This document shows positions 38,986 to 49,751 of a stretch of DNA of 64,000 bases, in pieces; within the stretch, counting starts at the first letter, position 1; every line of letters starts with the position of its first letter. Source of the DNA: Synergistales bacterium (GTDB lineage Bacteria; Synergistota; Synergistia; Synergistales; JAFGMB01). Under the pieces are notes generated by a model. That model was not told the DNA's origin. It saw nothing but the letters and a program-made list of their open reading frames with translations, and did not search any database. The translations under genes were made by a program, and so were the position numbers. The stretch covers positions 2,784,001 through 2,848,000 of the forward strand of contig OY762654.1 of assembly GCA_963666205.1 (NCBI GenBank), written 5' to 3'.

Positions 38986-40665
38986 ATGGAAGAACGAATA
39001 CAGAAGGGGAGCAATTTTATCGAACAGATCATTCTTGACGATCTTGAAGCGGGTAGGGTCAGTAAAATAATCACCCGTTTTCCGCCTGAACCCAATGGTT
39101 ATCTCCATATAGGCCATGCCAAATCCATTTGTCTGAATTTCGGTATTGCAGAGCAGTTTAAAGGGGAATGTAATCTTCGTTTTGATGATACCAATCCATC
39201 CAAAGAAGAAACAGAGTATGTCGAATCCATCAAAGAAGATGTAAGGTGGCTTGGTTTCAAATGGGCGAACCTCCGTTTTGCCTCTGATTACTTTGACCAG
39301 TTTTATGGATGGGCCATTGAACTTATAGATTCTGGTAAGGCCTATGTGGACCACCAGTCGGCAGAGGAGATCAGGCAGACCAGGGGCACGTTAACGGAAC
39401 CAGGCATGGAATCTCCCTATCGAAACAGGTTTCCTGAAGAAAACCTGGAACTCTTTGAGAAAATGAAAAACGGAGAATTCGAAGAAGGGGAATGTGTTCT
39501 CAGGGCGAAGATAGATATGGCTCACACAAATCTTAACATGCGTGATCCAATACTTTACAGGATCCTTAAACAATCTCACCATAATACAGGTGACAAATGG
39601 TGTATCTATCCCATGTATGATTTTGCCCACGGTTTTGAAGATGCCATCGAAGGTGTATCCCATTCCATTTGTACTCTTGAGTTTGAGGCTCACCGACCAC
39701 TTTATGACTGGTTCCTTGACAATGTGAGTGTTCCTAGCCGTCCCCATCAGTATGAATTTGCCAGATTAAACCTTACATATACCCTGATGAGCAAGAGGAA
39801 GCTTCTTGAGCTTGTTACCCAGAGATATGTTTCGGGCTGGGATGATCCCCGCATGCCAACCATAAGTGGTGTAAGAAGGAGAGGTTACTCACCATCGGCA
39901 ATAAGACGTTTCTGTAGGGATATAGGTGTATCGAAGGCCAATAGTCTTGTGGATATTGAGTTCCTTCAGTATTGCATAAGAGAGGAATTAAATCGTACTA
40001 CTGACCGTGTAATGGCTGTTTTAAATCCTCTGAAAGTTGTAATAGAGAATTATCCGGAGGGACAGACTGAATACCTTGATGCACTCAATAATCCGGAAGC
40101 TGAAGAGCCGACCTACAGAAAGGTTCCTTTCACCAGGACCATATATATTGAAAAAGATGACTTTATGGAAGAGCCTCCCAGAAAATTCTTCCGACTTGCT
40201 CCAGGAAGGGAAGTCCGGCTGAAACATGCATATTTCATTACCTGCAGGGAAGTTATCAAGGATGAGAATGGCGGAATAGTCGAGCTCAGGTGTGTCTACG
40301 ACCCTGAAACAAAGGGCGGGGATGCTCCCGACGGAAGAAAGGTTAAGGGAACCCTTCACTGGGTTTCTGCTGAACATTCTCTTAAGGCGGAAGTTAGACT
40401 TTATGATCACCTTTTTACGATCAGCAATATGGATGAGATGGAAGAGGGCAAGGATTATAAAGATTATCTTAACCCGGATTCACTTAAAATCCTGACCGAA
40501 TGTTTCGTTGAACCTTCTCTTGAGAATTCTCAGGTTATGGATAGATTCCAGTTCCTTCGCCATGGCTATTTCTGTGTTGATTCCGACAGCAGACCTGGAA
40601 AGCTGGTATTCAACAGAACCGTTTCTCTGAAGGATACCTGGGCCAAGATGCAGCAAAAGGGTTAA
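38986..40665 (+). CDS. glnS: glutaminyl-tRNA synthetase
   Basis: [28 protein letters not shown]. Confidence 0.96.
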   Translation: MEERIQKGSNFIEQIILDDLEAGRVSKIITRFPPEPNGYLHIGHAKSICLNFGIAEQFKGECNLRFDDTNPSKEETEYVESIKEDVRWLGFKWANLRFASDYFDQFYGWAIELIDSGKAYVDHQSAEEIRQTRGTLTEPGMESPYRNRFPEENLELFEKMKNGEFEEGECVLRAKIDMAHTNLNMRDPILYRILKQSHHNTGDKWCIYPMYDFAHGFEDAIEGVSHSICTLEFEAHRPLYDWFLDNVSVPSRPHQYEFARLNLTYTLMSKRKLLELVTQRYVSGWDDPRMPTISGVRRRGYSPSAIRRFCRDIGVSKANSLVDIEFLQYCIREELNRTTDRVMAVLNPLKVVIENYPEGQTEYLDALNNPEAEEPTYRKVPFTRTIYIEKDDFMEEPPRKFFRLAPGREVRLKHAYFITCREVIKDENGGIVELRCVYDPETKGGDAPDGRKVKGTLHWVSAEHSLKAEVRLYDHLFTISNMDEMEEGKDYKDYLNPDSLKILTECFVEPSLENSQVMDRFQFLRHGYFCVDSDSRPGKLVFNRTVSLKDTWAKMQQKG

Positions 40666-40694
40666 ACTATCCGGATTCCTAAAGGTCAGTCCGT

Positions 40695-41606
40695 TCAGGG
40701 GCTGACCTTTTTTAATGTTTTTTCGCTTGATACTATACATATAGCCATAATTATGAGAATTCCTCCTGTAACCTCAGTTATCATAGGAGGCTGATTTAGG
40801 AACAGGGCACTCAGAGACATGGCTGTCACTATTTCAATGCATGATACTATGCTGGCAGTTGTGGCGTTTACCCTTCGCAGGCCAATGAAATAAAGGGAGT
40901 AACCTATAAGGCTTCCAATAAGACTGATATGAAGGATCCATTTAAGTTGTTCCCATTGAAGGGTGGGTATGTCAGCCCATCCTGAAGCAAAAGTTTTGAT
41001 GAATGCCATCCAGAAAATACCGAAAAACTGTATATAAAAGAATAAAGCAGTCTGATTTACAAACCCGGTTTTAGCTGATAAACGGCCTGAAATTGAATAA
41101 ACAGACATGGCCAGGGCTGCAAATAGGCACCATAGTATGCCAGTGAGATCAAAAGATCCTGGTCCACTGAAGCTGTTAAGAGCAGCAGTGCTGACACCTG
41201 TAACAGTAAGGATAGCACCTGCGATCTGGAATCTGGTGGGTGGTTCCCCTGTTATGATAGCAGAACCAAGGGCTGTAATAAGAGGGTGACTGAAAAAAAT
41301 AACAACTGTAAGAGAAACGGAAAGATGCTGCAGTGAGAAAAAGTAACCTGCGTATATTCCACCTATTGTAATTCCCGATAATAGAACCAGGAATAGGCAT
41401 TGGCGGGCTGTTATTCTGAAGAGTTCTCTTTTTCTTAAAAAAATATATATACCAATGGTGGAAGACATAAGAACAGTTCTCAGAAATGCAACACTCAGCA
41501 TGTCTGTATTAAGAATTGCGAGTTGTTTTCCTGCAGGGCTCATGGTTCCCCAGAATATCCCAGCGGCTAAAATGGGAAGAAAATCAAGATTAAATCGGAT
41601 CTTCAA
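40695..41606 (-). CDS. EamA/DMT family transporter
   Basis: About 10 TM with a duplicated EamA pattern. Confidence 0.85.
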   Translation of the reverse strand: MKIRFNLDFLPILAAGIFWGTMSPAGKQLAILNTDMLSVAFLRTVLMSSTIGIYIFLRKRELFRITARQCLFLVLLSGITIGGIYAGYFFSLQHLSVSLTVVIFFSHPLITALGSAIITGEPPTRFQIAGAILTVTGVSTAALNSFSGPGSFDLTGILWCLFAALAMSVYSISGRLSAKTGFVNQTALFFYIQFFGIFWMAFIKTFASGWADIPTLQWEQLKWILHISLIGSLIGYSLYFIGLRRVNATTASIVSCIEIVTAMSLSALFLNQPPMITEVTGGILIIMAICIVSSEKTLKKVSP

Positions 41607-41896
41607 TTTATCGTCTCCTCGTATATCCTCTATGTGCTCTATAGTAACCTATCTGAAGAAATCAGGTTTATTATTCGATTTCCAGAAGCCGAATACAACT
41701 ACAGGTCTGGTGAGTTCTTTACAAACATTCTTTCCAGCCTGTATTTTTTCTCCATCGTTATGCCGAATTGACAATAAGAAATCAAAAGAATTATAAATTT
41801 ATGTTGAAATATGACTGTTAGTTTAATATGTATATATTGACAAATAGTAAGCATGAGATATAATTACACACAGTAAACATTATGGAGGTGAAGGTA

Positions 41897-42004
41897 ATGA
41901 CCAATATGCTTTGTGATGCTGACTTTTTTAATAAACACCGGGTTTTCAGGCTGATAAGAAATCTTATTCCTGTTACCTTTCTTCAGAGGTGTGCAATTAA
42001 GTAA
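41897..42004 (+). CDS. putative 35-aa small protein (MTNMLCDADFFNKHRVFRLIRNLIPVTFLQRCAIK)
   Basis: TTGACA-16-TATAAT promoter (41837-41864), GGAGGTGA SD, downstream hairpin 42064-42094. Confidence 0.5.
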   Translation: MTNMLCDADFFNKHRVFRLIRNLIPVTFLQRCAIK

Positions 42005-42208
42005 TTGTGTTCGCCTTAACCATGTTTGGTTCCCCTTTGATTTATTTCAGGTTGTTCATGCCAGGCCCTCTTCATCCAGTAGGGGGCCATTTTTATTGAC
42101 AAGAAATACCTTGGTTTCACTTTGCGACCTGGAATTGATTAAAACATATCATAGTGATATGCTAAACAGATGAAATAGGTAAAATTCTGATGAAGGAAGT
42201 GACTGGAT

Positions 42209-42619
42209 ATGTCAGGGAGTATTAGAAGAACGAGTGAATTGAATTTCCTGGTAGTGTTCCTTTTAATAATTTTTTGTTGTACTATGGCCTTTGCCTATAA
42301 CAAGGAAACCGTTGTGTCCATTGACCCTCTTATGATAAATAATCAGATTGCAGAAGATAATATAACTTCAGAAAAACTTATCTTCCTTTCCGGTTCCGTT
42401 GCATCTCGTCCCGGAATTACCGCCCTTACATGGCGAAACAATAGAGGTGGAGGAGGTCAGGCAATTCTCAGGATAGGCAATTATAAGGAACCAAATCTCA
42501 ATGGCAAATGGTTCATAGGTGCTATACCATTAATGTATGGTAAAAATATTATTACAGTTACAGCCAGGGATATTAAAGGAGTTCGAAGTCCTGAACAGAT
42601 AATAGTGATTAGAGATTGA
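42209..42619 (+). CDS. exported hypothetical protein with Ig-like beta-rich domain
   Basis: Signal peptide; L..G.N.ITVTA.D..G pattern. Confidence 0.65.
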   Translation: MSGSIRRTSELNFLVVFLLIIFCCTMAFAYNKETVVSIDPLMINNQIAEDNITSEKLIFLSGSVASRPGITALTWRNNRGGGGQAILRIGNYKEPNLNGKWFIGAIPLMYGKNIITVTARDIKGVRSPEQIIVIRD

Positions 42620-42748
42620 GTATTTGCGGAAAGTGTTTTAAACTTAATCTCGTAAAGACAATCTTTACTTACTTAGTGCTAAAAAGTAAATAGTGTTTGA
42701 CAAAATGAAGTTAATGATTTATAGTCTGAAACTGAGGTAGTTTTTTTA

Positions 42749-42830
42749 TACGAAAGGGCAAAATCGTCGAAAGGCGATGACGCAAAACCACGGGTCTAAA
42801 GCCGGAAGGCTATGATGGCCGGGTTGCCGA
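42749..42830 (+). ncRNA. c-di-GMP-I (GEMM) riboswitch
   Basis: AAGGGCAAA-ATCGTC-GAAA-GGCGAT-GACGCAAA-..GGTCTAA..GGCCGGGTTGCCG matches the class consensus. Confidence 0.9.
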
Positions 42831-42845
42831 AGACATGGTTTATAG

Positions 42846-42880
42846 ATGAGCCTTCGGGAAACCGGAAGGCTCATTTTTTT
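42846..42880 (+). terminator. riboswitch expression-platform terminator
   Basis: ATGAGCCTTC / GAAGGCTCAT plus T-tract. Confidence 0.8.
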
Positions 42881-42910
42881 GAAGTTATACATTATCATGG
42901 GGGTGATCGT

Positions 42911-43429
42911 ATGGCCGGTCTCAGCAGTGCTGATATTTTTTCAATTCTGGAAGAAGAAATAGGTAAAAATGACCAGGAACGGCAGTCAAATGATCCAAAA
43001 TCTGATGGAGAGATAATTATTCAGAATTCCGATAACCCCGGTACGATCGTCCAGACCGGTTCAGAAGTAAATAACGCTGTTGATAGCTCCCGAAAAGTAA
43101 TAGCCCATGACTTCACCAGACCTATGAATGATGCACCCTCAAATGCAGAAGCCACAACTTCATCTTCCTACCGGTCAGAATTTGCTGCTACCGGAACTGA
43201 TGATGTTCAGGGATATACCCCTTCTCCTGAGAGAGGGAAGGAAAGTCGAGGTGCCAAAATGAAAAAGACCCTTAGGATACGCCAGGTTGGAGAACAGATC
43301 AATGTTCGAGTTTTTGTTGATGGCGAAGAGCTATGTGGAATGGCTTTGACAAAGGAAGCAGGAAACAGCATTTCCCTTGCCGGGGTAAACCTTTTTATTG
43401 AAGGGGACGAAACGGTTCTGGAAGTATAA
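42911..43429 (+). CDS. hypothetical protein under c-di-GMP riboswitch control
   Basis: ATG 42911 after GGGGGTGA; low-complexity middle, beta-rich C-terminus. Confidence 0.7.
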   Translation: MAGLSSADIFSILEEEIGKNDQERQSNDPKSDGEIIIQNSDNPGTIVQTGSEVNNAVDSSRKVIAHDFTRPMNDAPSNAEATTSSSYRSEFAATGTDDVQGYTPSPERGKESRGAKMKKTLRIRQVGEQINVRVFVDGEELCGMALTKEAGNSISLAGVNLFIEGDETVLEV

Positions 43430-43804
43430 AATCTGTCCTCTGAGTATTGATCTAAGAGGGGATTTTCCCCTCTTTTTTTATTTTCATAAATAGGTTCTTT
43501 TAGAGCAAAATAAGTTATAGGAACCAGTTAACCTCTCCATTATGTTTGATATCGGTAACCGGACAAGTTGATATTTTAACCTATAATCCTTTTCTGCCAG
43601 ACAAGCCTTTTATCCCTATCCTCCAGGAAGTATAATTTACAGAGTAAAAAGATAAATCAGTAGTGCAAAAACTGGTATCATAGATGTCTGGATGGGCATA
43701 TCCTGTGTTATTTTGTAAAACAACAGGATATGTGAAGTTATACTTGTGATGGAAACTTTTCCATGAATCAATGAGGGATAATTTAATAACAGGAGGTACA
43801 AAAA

Positions 43805-44305
43805 ATGGATTTTATTCTTTCCAGAAGGAGCATCAGGAAATATACAGCAGCACCGGTAGAAGAAGAAAAAATTTCATCTCTTTTAAGAGCTGCAATGAGT
43901 GCACCTTCGGCTCATAACCAGCAGCCATGGGTGTTTGTGATAATTGATGACAGAGAAGTCCTCGATAGGATCCCGGAGTTCCATCCCTATTCCAGTATGC
44001 TTCTGCACGCGCCCATAGCTATTCTAGTTTGTGCTGATACTTCGAATCTTTCAAGTCCTGAATTCTGGCCTCAGGATTGTTCTGCCGCTACAGAAAATAT
44101 TCTTCTTGCAGCTAATTCCTGTGGTCTTGGATCCGTATGGCTAGGTGTTTATCCACGTGAAGAACTTATGAGCGGCCTTTCCAGGTTATTGCAGTTACCT
44201 GAAAACATCCAACCCTTTTCTTTGGTCTCTCTGGGATATCCGGCCACGGAAAAAGTTGCGTCCAAACGTTTTGATCCGGCAAGGATTCACCGGAATCACT
44301 GGTAA
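43805..44305 (+). CDS. nitroreductase family protein
   Basis: RRSIRKY, APSAHNQQPW, GLGSVWLG, GYP. Confidence 0.92.
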   Translation: MDFILSRRSIRKYTAAPVEEEKISSLLRAAMSAPSAHNQQPWVFVIIDDREVLDRIPEFHPYSSMLLHAPIAILVCADTSNLSSPEFWPQDCSAATENILLAANSCGLGSVWLGVYPREELMSGLSRLLQLPENIQPFSLVSLGYPATEKVASKRFDPARIHRNHW

Positions 44306-44323
44306 ACCTGGAAAGGAAAAACA

Positions 44324-45901
44324 ATGAAGAAGCTCAAGGCTGCATGTATTCAGATCCAGGCGATGGATGTTACAGATTATCTTGAGGCCGAGAGGCAGAT
44401 CCTTGATAGTATTGTGGATGCCTGCGAAAAAGGTGCAGATCTTATCATCCTTCCTGAGTGTGCATATCCTTCCTACTATGTAGGAAATGATCCGTTGTCA
44501 TTTTCCAGAGCAATGGAGCATTTTAATGAACTGGCCCACACAATTTCTGAACTGGCTAGAACATACCAAGTTCATGTCGCATCAGGATTTCTGTCCATTG
44601 AGAATGATCACCTCTATAACATGGGAATACTCTGGGGTCCTGACGGAAAAGAAGTCGGACGGGTACGAAAATCGAATATGTGGCATTTTGATTCGAAATA
44701 TGTACATTACGGAAAAGATTTTGATGTATGGGACACAGAGATCGGAAAAATCGGAATGATCATCTGCGCAGATGGTAGAGTACCCGAAATAACCCGCATC
44801 CTGGCTCTTCGGGGAGCAGAGATAATTATAGATATGGCCAATCTTGTCACTACAGGAAGAGACATTGCAAGTCTTTCCAATCCCCAGGTCGAATATATGC
44901 TGCCAGCAAGGGCCAGGGAGAACGGTGTATGGCTCCTCATGGCTGATAAAGTCGGTCTCGAAGCAGGTACAGTCCTTAATACAGGATTGAGCTGTATTAT
45001 TGATCCATTCGGGAATGTGCAGATCAAGGCTTCGTCAGACAAACCTGAGACTATTATGGCAGATATTGTTCTGAACGGTGAAAGACCCTATATTCCTTCG
45101 AGAAAACCAGAGTTGTATCGGTCACTGGTAAGACCTCATGACGAATTGCCTGTGACAGCAATGATGTCTGAATATATCTTTTCAGGAAAAAGGGAAGTGT
45201 TTTCTTCAGTTGTACATTTTTCTTATTCTTCGACATCAGAATATATTAAAAAGGCGGTTTCCTTCACAAGAATCCTGGAAGATCAGGGAAGTTCCCTGAT
45301 AATGCTTCCTACCTTAAGAGAAAACATTCCGATTCCCGAGATTGAGAGTGAACTAAGAACAAATCTTTCATCTCCTGATGTGATCGTTGCCTTATCAGGG
45401 TATGTCAATAATGGAGATCTAACCAGGAGGTCGGCTTCTCTTTTTACCATAGACGGAAACCTCGGCTATTTCTTTGCGAATCATGGCGGGTTCTTCTCAT
45501 CCAATTCTCCACTTGTTCCCATTAAAACACCTTCAGGGAACCTGGCTGTCATCTTTGATGAGGAGGGGCTTGTCCCGGAAGTATCAAGGTGCTTAATGCT
45601 TGAAGGAACAGAGATCCTTCTATGGTTCGATGTCGGTAATTCTAGATTTTCCGAGATATTAAGCAGGACAAGGGCTTCTGAAAACAGGATCTTTTTAATG
45701 AGGAATGGAATTTGTGACGGTGATTCCCACGGGATTATCATTGCTCCATCTGGTCAGGTAACATCTGCAGCTATTCCAGGGACGGACCAGGCTGTATCTG
45801 CTCTTCTTTCAAGGGCTCTTGCCAGATCGAAGACAGTAGTACCTGGAACAGATGTGGTTTTGGGTAGAAGACCGGAACTTTATCAGCAACTTGTAAGATA
45901 A
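44324..45901 (+). CDS. carbon-nitrogen hydrolase with tandem nitrilase domains
   Basis: N-domain LPE/RK/ICADG triad; second domain with RTRASEN. Confidence 0.85.
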   Translation: MKKLKAACIQIQAMDVTDYLEAERQILDSIVDACEKGADLIILPECAYPSYYVGNDPLSFSRAMEHFNELAHTISELARTYQVHVASGFLSIENDHLYNMGILWGPDGKEVGRVRKSNMWHFDSKYVHYGKDFDVWDTEIGKIGMIICADGRVPEITRILALRGAEIIIDMANLVTTGRDIASLSNPQVEYMLPARARENGVWLLMADKVGLEAGTVLNTGLSCIIDPFGNVQIKASSDKPETIMADIVLNGERPYIPSRKPELYRSLVRPHDELPVTAMMSEYIFSGKREVFSSVVHFSYSSTSEYIKKAVSFTRILEDQGSSLIMLPTLRENIPIPEIESELRTNLSSPDVIVALSGYVNNGDLTRRSASLFTIDGNLGYFFANHGGFFSSNSPLVPIKTPSGNLAVIFDEEGLVPEVSRCLMLEGTEILLWFDVGNSRFSEILSRTRASENRIFLMRNGICDGDSHGIIIAPSGQVTSAAIPGTDQAVSALLSRALARSKTVVPGTDVVLGRRPELYQQLVR

Positions 45902-46002
45902 GAAAATGAACTTTCTTCGTATTTTCTGTTATTAACCGAGGAGGACTTTAAAATATCTGAATTTCTTGATACAATTCTCGCCGTCCCAAAGATTGAATTC
46001 TT

Positions 46003-46530
46003 ATGGGGGAGTGTGTTCTCTCTGTGATTTATGAACAGGATAGGCAGTTCATGAAGGCAGCTATTGAACAGGCCCTTGTTGCTGAGCAGGAAGGGAATGT
46101 TCCTGTAGGAGCCGTTATAGTAAAGGACGGAGTCCTAATATCTTCCGGTCATAATATAAAAACCAATGACCCGACTGAACATGCGGAAATAATTGCTATA
46201 AGAAAAGCCTGTTTGAAACTGGGACATTGGAATCTTAAGGGATGTACTCTCTATGTGACACTTGAGCCATGTTCCATGTGTGCGGGAGCCATTGTTCAGG
46301 CGCGTATCAGTCAGCTTGTCTACGGTGCAGATGATCCGAAAGCAGGAGCATGCGGAACATTATATAATATTGTTAACGATCTCAGACTTAATCATCGGAG
46401 CAGAATCAGAAAAGGTGTAATGGCCGAAGAATGTGCTGCGCTGTTGCAGGAATTCTTTATTCGTAGAAGGTCAAATATGACGTGGAGGGATGGCCGAGTG
46501 GTCGAAGGCGGTCGACTCGAAATCGATTAG
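46003..46530 (+). CDS. tadA: tRNA adenosine(34) deaminase
   Basis: VPVGA, HAE, TLEPC.MC, DPKAGA.G. Confidence 0.9.
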   Translation: MGECVLSVIYEQDRQFMKAAIEQALVAEQEGNVPVGAVIVKDGVLISSGHNIKTNDPTEHAEIIAIRKACLKLGHWNLKGCTLYVTLEPCSMCAGAIVQARISQLVYGADDPKAGACGTLYNIVNDLRLNHRSRIRKGVMAEECAALLQEFFIRRRSNMTWRDGRVVEGGRLEID

Positions 46531-46576
46531 GCAGTTCATAGCTGCCTCGTGGGTTCAAATCCCACTCTCTCCGCCA
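46484..46576 (+). tRNA. tRNA-Ser (CGA)
   Basis: GGAGGGA/TCTCTCC acceptor, anticodon loop CTCGAAA, long variable arm, CCA. Confidence 0.93.
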
Positions 46577-46633
46577 ATTTAAATTTTGATAGTAGAAAAA
46601 TTTCCAAGAAGTTGTTATAATACCCTGCGTTGC

Positions 46634-46721
46634 GGAGAAGTGGCCGAGTGGTCGAAGGCGGGCGCTTGGAGAGCGTCTGAACCGTGAGGTTCCGTGGGTT
46701 CAAATCCCTCCTTCTCCGCCA
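46634..46721 (+). tRNA. tRNA-Ser (GGA)
   Basis: GGAGAAG/CTTCTCC acceptor, anticodon loop TTGGAGA, long variable arm, CCA. Confidence 0.93.
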
Positions 46722-46750
46722 TTTTTGTATTTTAAGATCGACATATGAAT

Positions 46751-46885
46751 AGGGCAGTTCTCTGCTGGAGGCTCAGTCCTGTGCGGCGAAGGCCCGCGAA
46801 CCCCGCCAGGTCCGGAAGGAAGCAACGGTAAGCGGTGATCTTTGGGTGCCACAGGTCAGCTGGGTCTCCAGCAGAGAACTGCCCT
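46751..46885 (+). ncRNA. ffs: signal recognition particle RNA (small bacterial SRP)
   Basis: Domain IV CCAGGTCCGGAAGGAAGCAACGG; long closing stem GGGCAGTTCTCTGCTGGAG / CTCCAGCAGAGAACTGCCC. Confidence 0.92.
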
Positions 46886-46909
46886 TTCTGTATCATATAA
46901 ATGTCTTTT

Positions 46910-47224
46910 CTATTCTTCGAGGTTTACTCCGGTGGGTGCTACGTCTATCAAGGCATTGATAAGTTTTTCAAGATTTTCGATATCAGGCTCAGCTGCTTCA
47001 CTAAGGCAATCAGTTATGGAATTCTTCAGGATAACGATACAAGCCTTCTGCATAGCTTTTCTTGCGGCTGAAAGCTGGAGTAGGATGTCGTAACAGGCTT
47101 TATCTTCAATGATCATTCTCTGGATGCCCCTTAACTGTCCTTCAACCCTTCTCAACCTGTTGAGCATGGCTTTTTTCTCTTTGGGTAAATTATCCAACTG
47201 GTCAATAAGTGATGCCTTTGCCAT
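46910..47224 (-). CDS. CsoR/RcnR family metal-sensing repressor
   Basis: RLRRVEGQLRGIQRMI....C.DIL.QL.A.R.A. Confidence 0.9.
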   Translation of the reverse strand: MAKASLIDQLDNLPKEKKAMLNRLRRVEGQLRGIQRMIIEDKACYDILLQLSAARKAMQKACIVILKNSITDCLSEAAEPDIENLEKLINALIDVAPTGVNLEE

Positions 47225-47337
47225 TATTAAAATCCTCCCCTATGGGTATCTTTAGTTAGTGAAAATACTGGGTATATATTACTAACAGGAAACTTGAAGG
47301 TCAAGAGCAATTTATGTTATACTTTCCGGCGGCCCTT

Positions 47338-47445
47338 ATCACACACATGGATTGATGGTCCTGGTGGTGCTGGATAGATAGTCCCTTGATCCAGTTCCAG
47401 GCCCAGCAGATGTTCATGGAGGGAAACTGAACTAAATTTAGGAGG
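47338..47445 (+). promoter_or_regulatory. putative rpsB (S2) autoregulatory leader
   Basis: Structured 5' UTR beginning ACACAC, with CATGGA..CATGGAGG stem, upstream of rpsB. Confidence 0.45.
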
Positions 47446-47452
47446 GATTATT

Positions 47453-48271
47453 TTGGCAGTAGTTAGTATGAAACAGCTTTTGGAGTGTGGTGTACATTTT
47501 GGTCATCAGACCAGGCGCTGGAACCCAAAGATGAAACCTTACATCTTTACTGAGAGAAACGGCGTTTACATCATCGATCTTCAGAAAACCGTCAAGGGTC
47601 TTGAGAATGCTTACAATTTTATTCGTGAAGTATCCAAGGATGGCGGTAACATTCTTTTTGTCGGAACCAAAAGGCAGGCCCAGGAAACTGTAAAGGAAGA
47701 AGCTCTTCGATGTGGACAGTATTACATTAATCAGCGTTGGCTCGGTGGGCTTATGACTAATTTCCAGACCATTCGTAAGCGTGTTAACCGTATGATCGAG
47801 CTTCGTAAAATGGATCAGGAAGGTGAACTTGACAAGTATTCAAAGAAGGATGCGATCCTTCTCAGAAAACAGCTCGCAAAACTGGAAAAATATCTCAGCG
47901 GAATAGCGAATATGAAGGGTGTTCCTGATGCAGTATTTCTTATAGATCCTCGTCGTGAGGATATCGCTGTTCTTGAAGCCAGAAAACTTGGTGTTCCTGT
48001 TGTAGCTATTGTTGATACCAATTGTGATCCTGACTTCATCGATTTCCCAATTCCCGGTAATGATGATGCTATAAGAGCTATCAAGCTCATTGCGAAGCTT
48101 ATGGCAGATGCATTTATTGAAGGCAGACAGGGTATGGATGGTGCCGTAGAAGTTGAGGAAACTGCAGATGAACCTGTCGACCTTTCTGACGACGATATAA
48201 TCGAAGTCAAGGAAAGGCTTCACGAGACATATGAGAGTGATGGAGAAACTCCCGTCGCTGATGTTGAATAA
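47453..48271 (+). CDS. rpsB: 30S ribosomal protein S2
   Basis: [25 protein letters not shown]. Confidence 0.98.
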   Translation: MAVVSMKQLLECGVHFGHQTRRWNPKMKPYIFTERNGVYIIDLQKTVKGLENAYNFIREVSKDGGNILFVGTKRQAQETVKEEALRCGQYYINQRWLGGLMTNFQTIRKRVNRMIELRKMDQEGELDKYSKKDAILLRKQLAKLEKYLSGIANMKGVPDAVFLIDPRREDIAVLEARKLGVPVVAIVDTNCDPDFIDFPIPGNDDAIRAIKLIAKLMADAFIEGRQGMDGAVEVEETADEPVDLSDDDIIEVKERLHETYESDGETPVADVE

Positions 48272-48309
48272 ATAGAAAAGTTTTTTGACCCTAAGGAGGA
48301 TTATTTACT

Positions 48310-48903
48310 ATGGCTGTTGATGCAAAGACAGTTAAAGAACTCAGAGATCGTACAGGCAGTGGGATGATGGATTGCAAGCATGCCCTTGTAGAAACAGATG
48401 GAGATATGGAAAAGGCCATAGATTATCTAAGGGAAAAGGGACTGGCTAAGGCTGCGAAAAAGGCTTCCAGATCTGCCCAGGATGGCAGGATCTTTACTTA
48501 TATCCATACTAACGGCAAGATAGGTGCCATGGTCGAACTTAATTGTGAGACTGATTTTGTCGCCAAAACTGATGAATTCCAGGGACTTGGACATGAGCTT
48601 TGCATGCAGATCGCTGCTGCTGCTCCCCAGTATGTCAAGCCTGACGATATTCCCGAGGATGTTATTAATAGAGAAAAAGAAATATATAAACAGCAGGCTC
48701 TCGAAGAGGGTAAACCGGAAAAGATACTCGAAAAGATCGCAGAAGGTAAGCTTAACAAGTTCTATGAAGTCAGTTGCCTGATGGAACAGTCCTACATTCG
48801 CGATGGAGACAAGAAGATCAACGATCTTATTGTTGAGAATATAGCTAAGCTTGGTGAAAATATTGTCGTAGGTCGGTTCTCACGTTTCTCAATCGGTGAA
48901 TAA
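48310..48903 (+). CDS. tsf: elongation factor Ts (short form)
   Basis: [23 protein letters not shown]. Confidence 0.97.
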   Translation: MAVDAKTVKELRDRTGSGMMDCKHALVETDGDMEKAIDYLREKGLAKAAKKASRSAQDGRIFTYIHTNGKIGAMVELNCETDFVAKTDEFQGLGHELCMQIAAAAPQYVKPDDIPEDVINREKEIYKQQALEEGKPEKILEKIAEGKLNKFYEVSCLMEQSYIRDGDKKINDLIVENIAKLGENIVVGRFSRFSIGE

Positions 48904-48915
48904 CATGTTTTTCCA

Positions 48916-48949
48916 GGGGCGAGACAATTAAATGTCTCGCCCTTTTTTT
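48916..48949 (+). terminator. terminator after tsf
   Basis: GGGCGAGACA / TGTCTCGCCC plus T-tract. Confidence 0.8.
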
Positions 48950-49021
48950 GTACTATAATTTTCTATTGGAACAGGACAAGAACACTATTCAATATAAATA
49001 TCTTACCGGGGGGGATTATTC

Positions 49022-49744
49022 TTGACTTCATATAAGAGAGTCTTACTCAAGCTTTCAGGCGAAGTGTTAGCCGGGTCGCTCGAGAGCGGACTGGATTTTG
49101 ATGCTATCAGATCTATCTGTGAAGAAATTGCCCAGGTTGCAAAAGAGGGAATAGAAATAGCCGTGGTAGTAGGTGGAGGGAATATACTCCGAGGTAAAGA
49201 TGCAGCAGAACAGGGTATCGAAAGGTCTCAGGCTGATTACATGGGAATGCTGACAACAGTTATCAATGCCCTGTCCTTGCAGGACACCCTTGAAAAGCTG
49301 GGCATCCCCACCAGGGTTCAGACAGCTGTAGAGATGAGACAGATAGCCGAACCATTCATAAGAAGGAGAGCTCTTCGGCACATAGAAAAGGGCCGTATTG
49401 TTATTTTTGCAGCAGGAACCGGCTCTCCCTATTTCTCAACAGATACGGCCGCTGCTCTTCGTGCGGCTGAAATTGGTGCTGACTGCTTATTGAAAGCAAC
49501 TAAAGTAGATGGTATATATAATAAAGATCCTCTTAAAAACGAGGATGCAATTCTGCTTCACAGGCTTACCTACATGGAGGCCCTGCAGAGTCAACTTTCA
49601 ATTATGGACGCAGCAGCGTTTTCCCTTTGTATGGAAAACAGGATTCCTATGGCTGTGATCAACATCCTCAGCAGAGGAAATCTTGCCAGATTCCTTCTTC
49701 AAGGCGAAGAAATTGGGACGATTGTTTCATCAGATAAGGAGTGA
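49022..49744 (+). CDS. pyrH: UMP kinase
   Basis: LLKLSGE, GGGN, GTG.PYFSTD. Confidence 0.97.
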   Translation: MTSYKRVLLKLSGEVLAGSLESGLDFDAIRSICEEIAQVAKEGIEIAVVVGGGNILRGKDAAEQGIERSQADYMGMLTTVINALSLQDTLEKLGIPTRVQTAVEMRQIAEPFIRRRALRHIEKGRIVIFAAGTGSPYFSTDTAAALRAAEIGADCLLKATKVDGIYNKDPLKNEDAILLHRLTYMEALQSQLSIMDAAAFSLCMENRIPMAVINILSRGNLARFLLQGEEIGTIVSSDKE

Positions 49745-49751
49745 TCTCAGG

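Noticed and set aside
46842-47093. 83-aa plus-strand ORF
   Set aside because: Overlaps the SRP RNA and is antisense to the csoR-like gene
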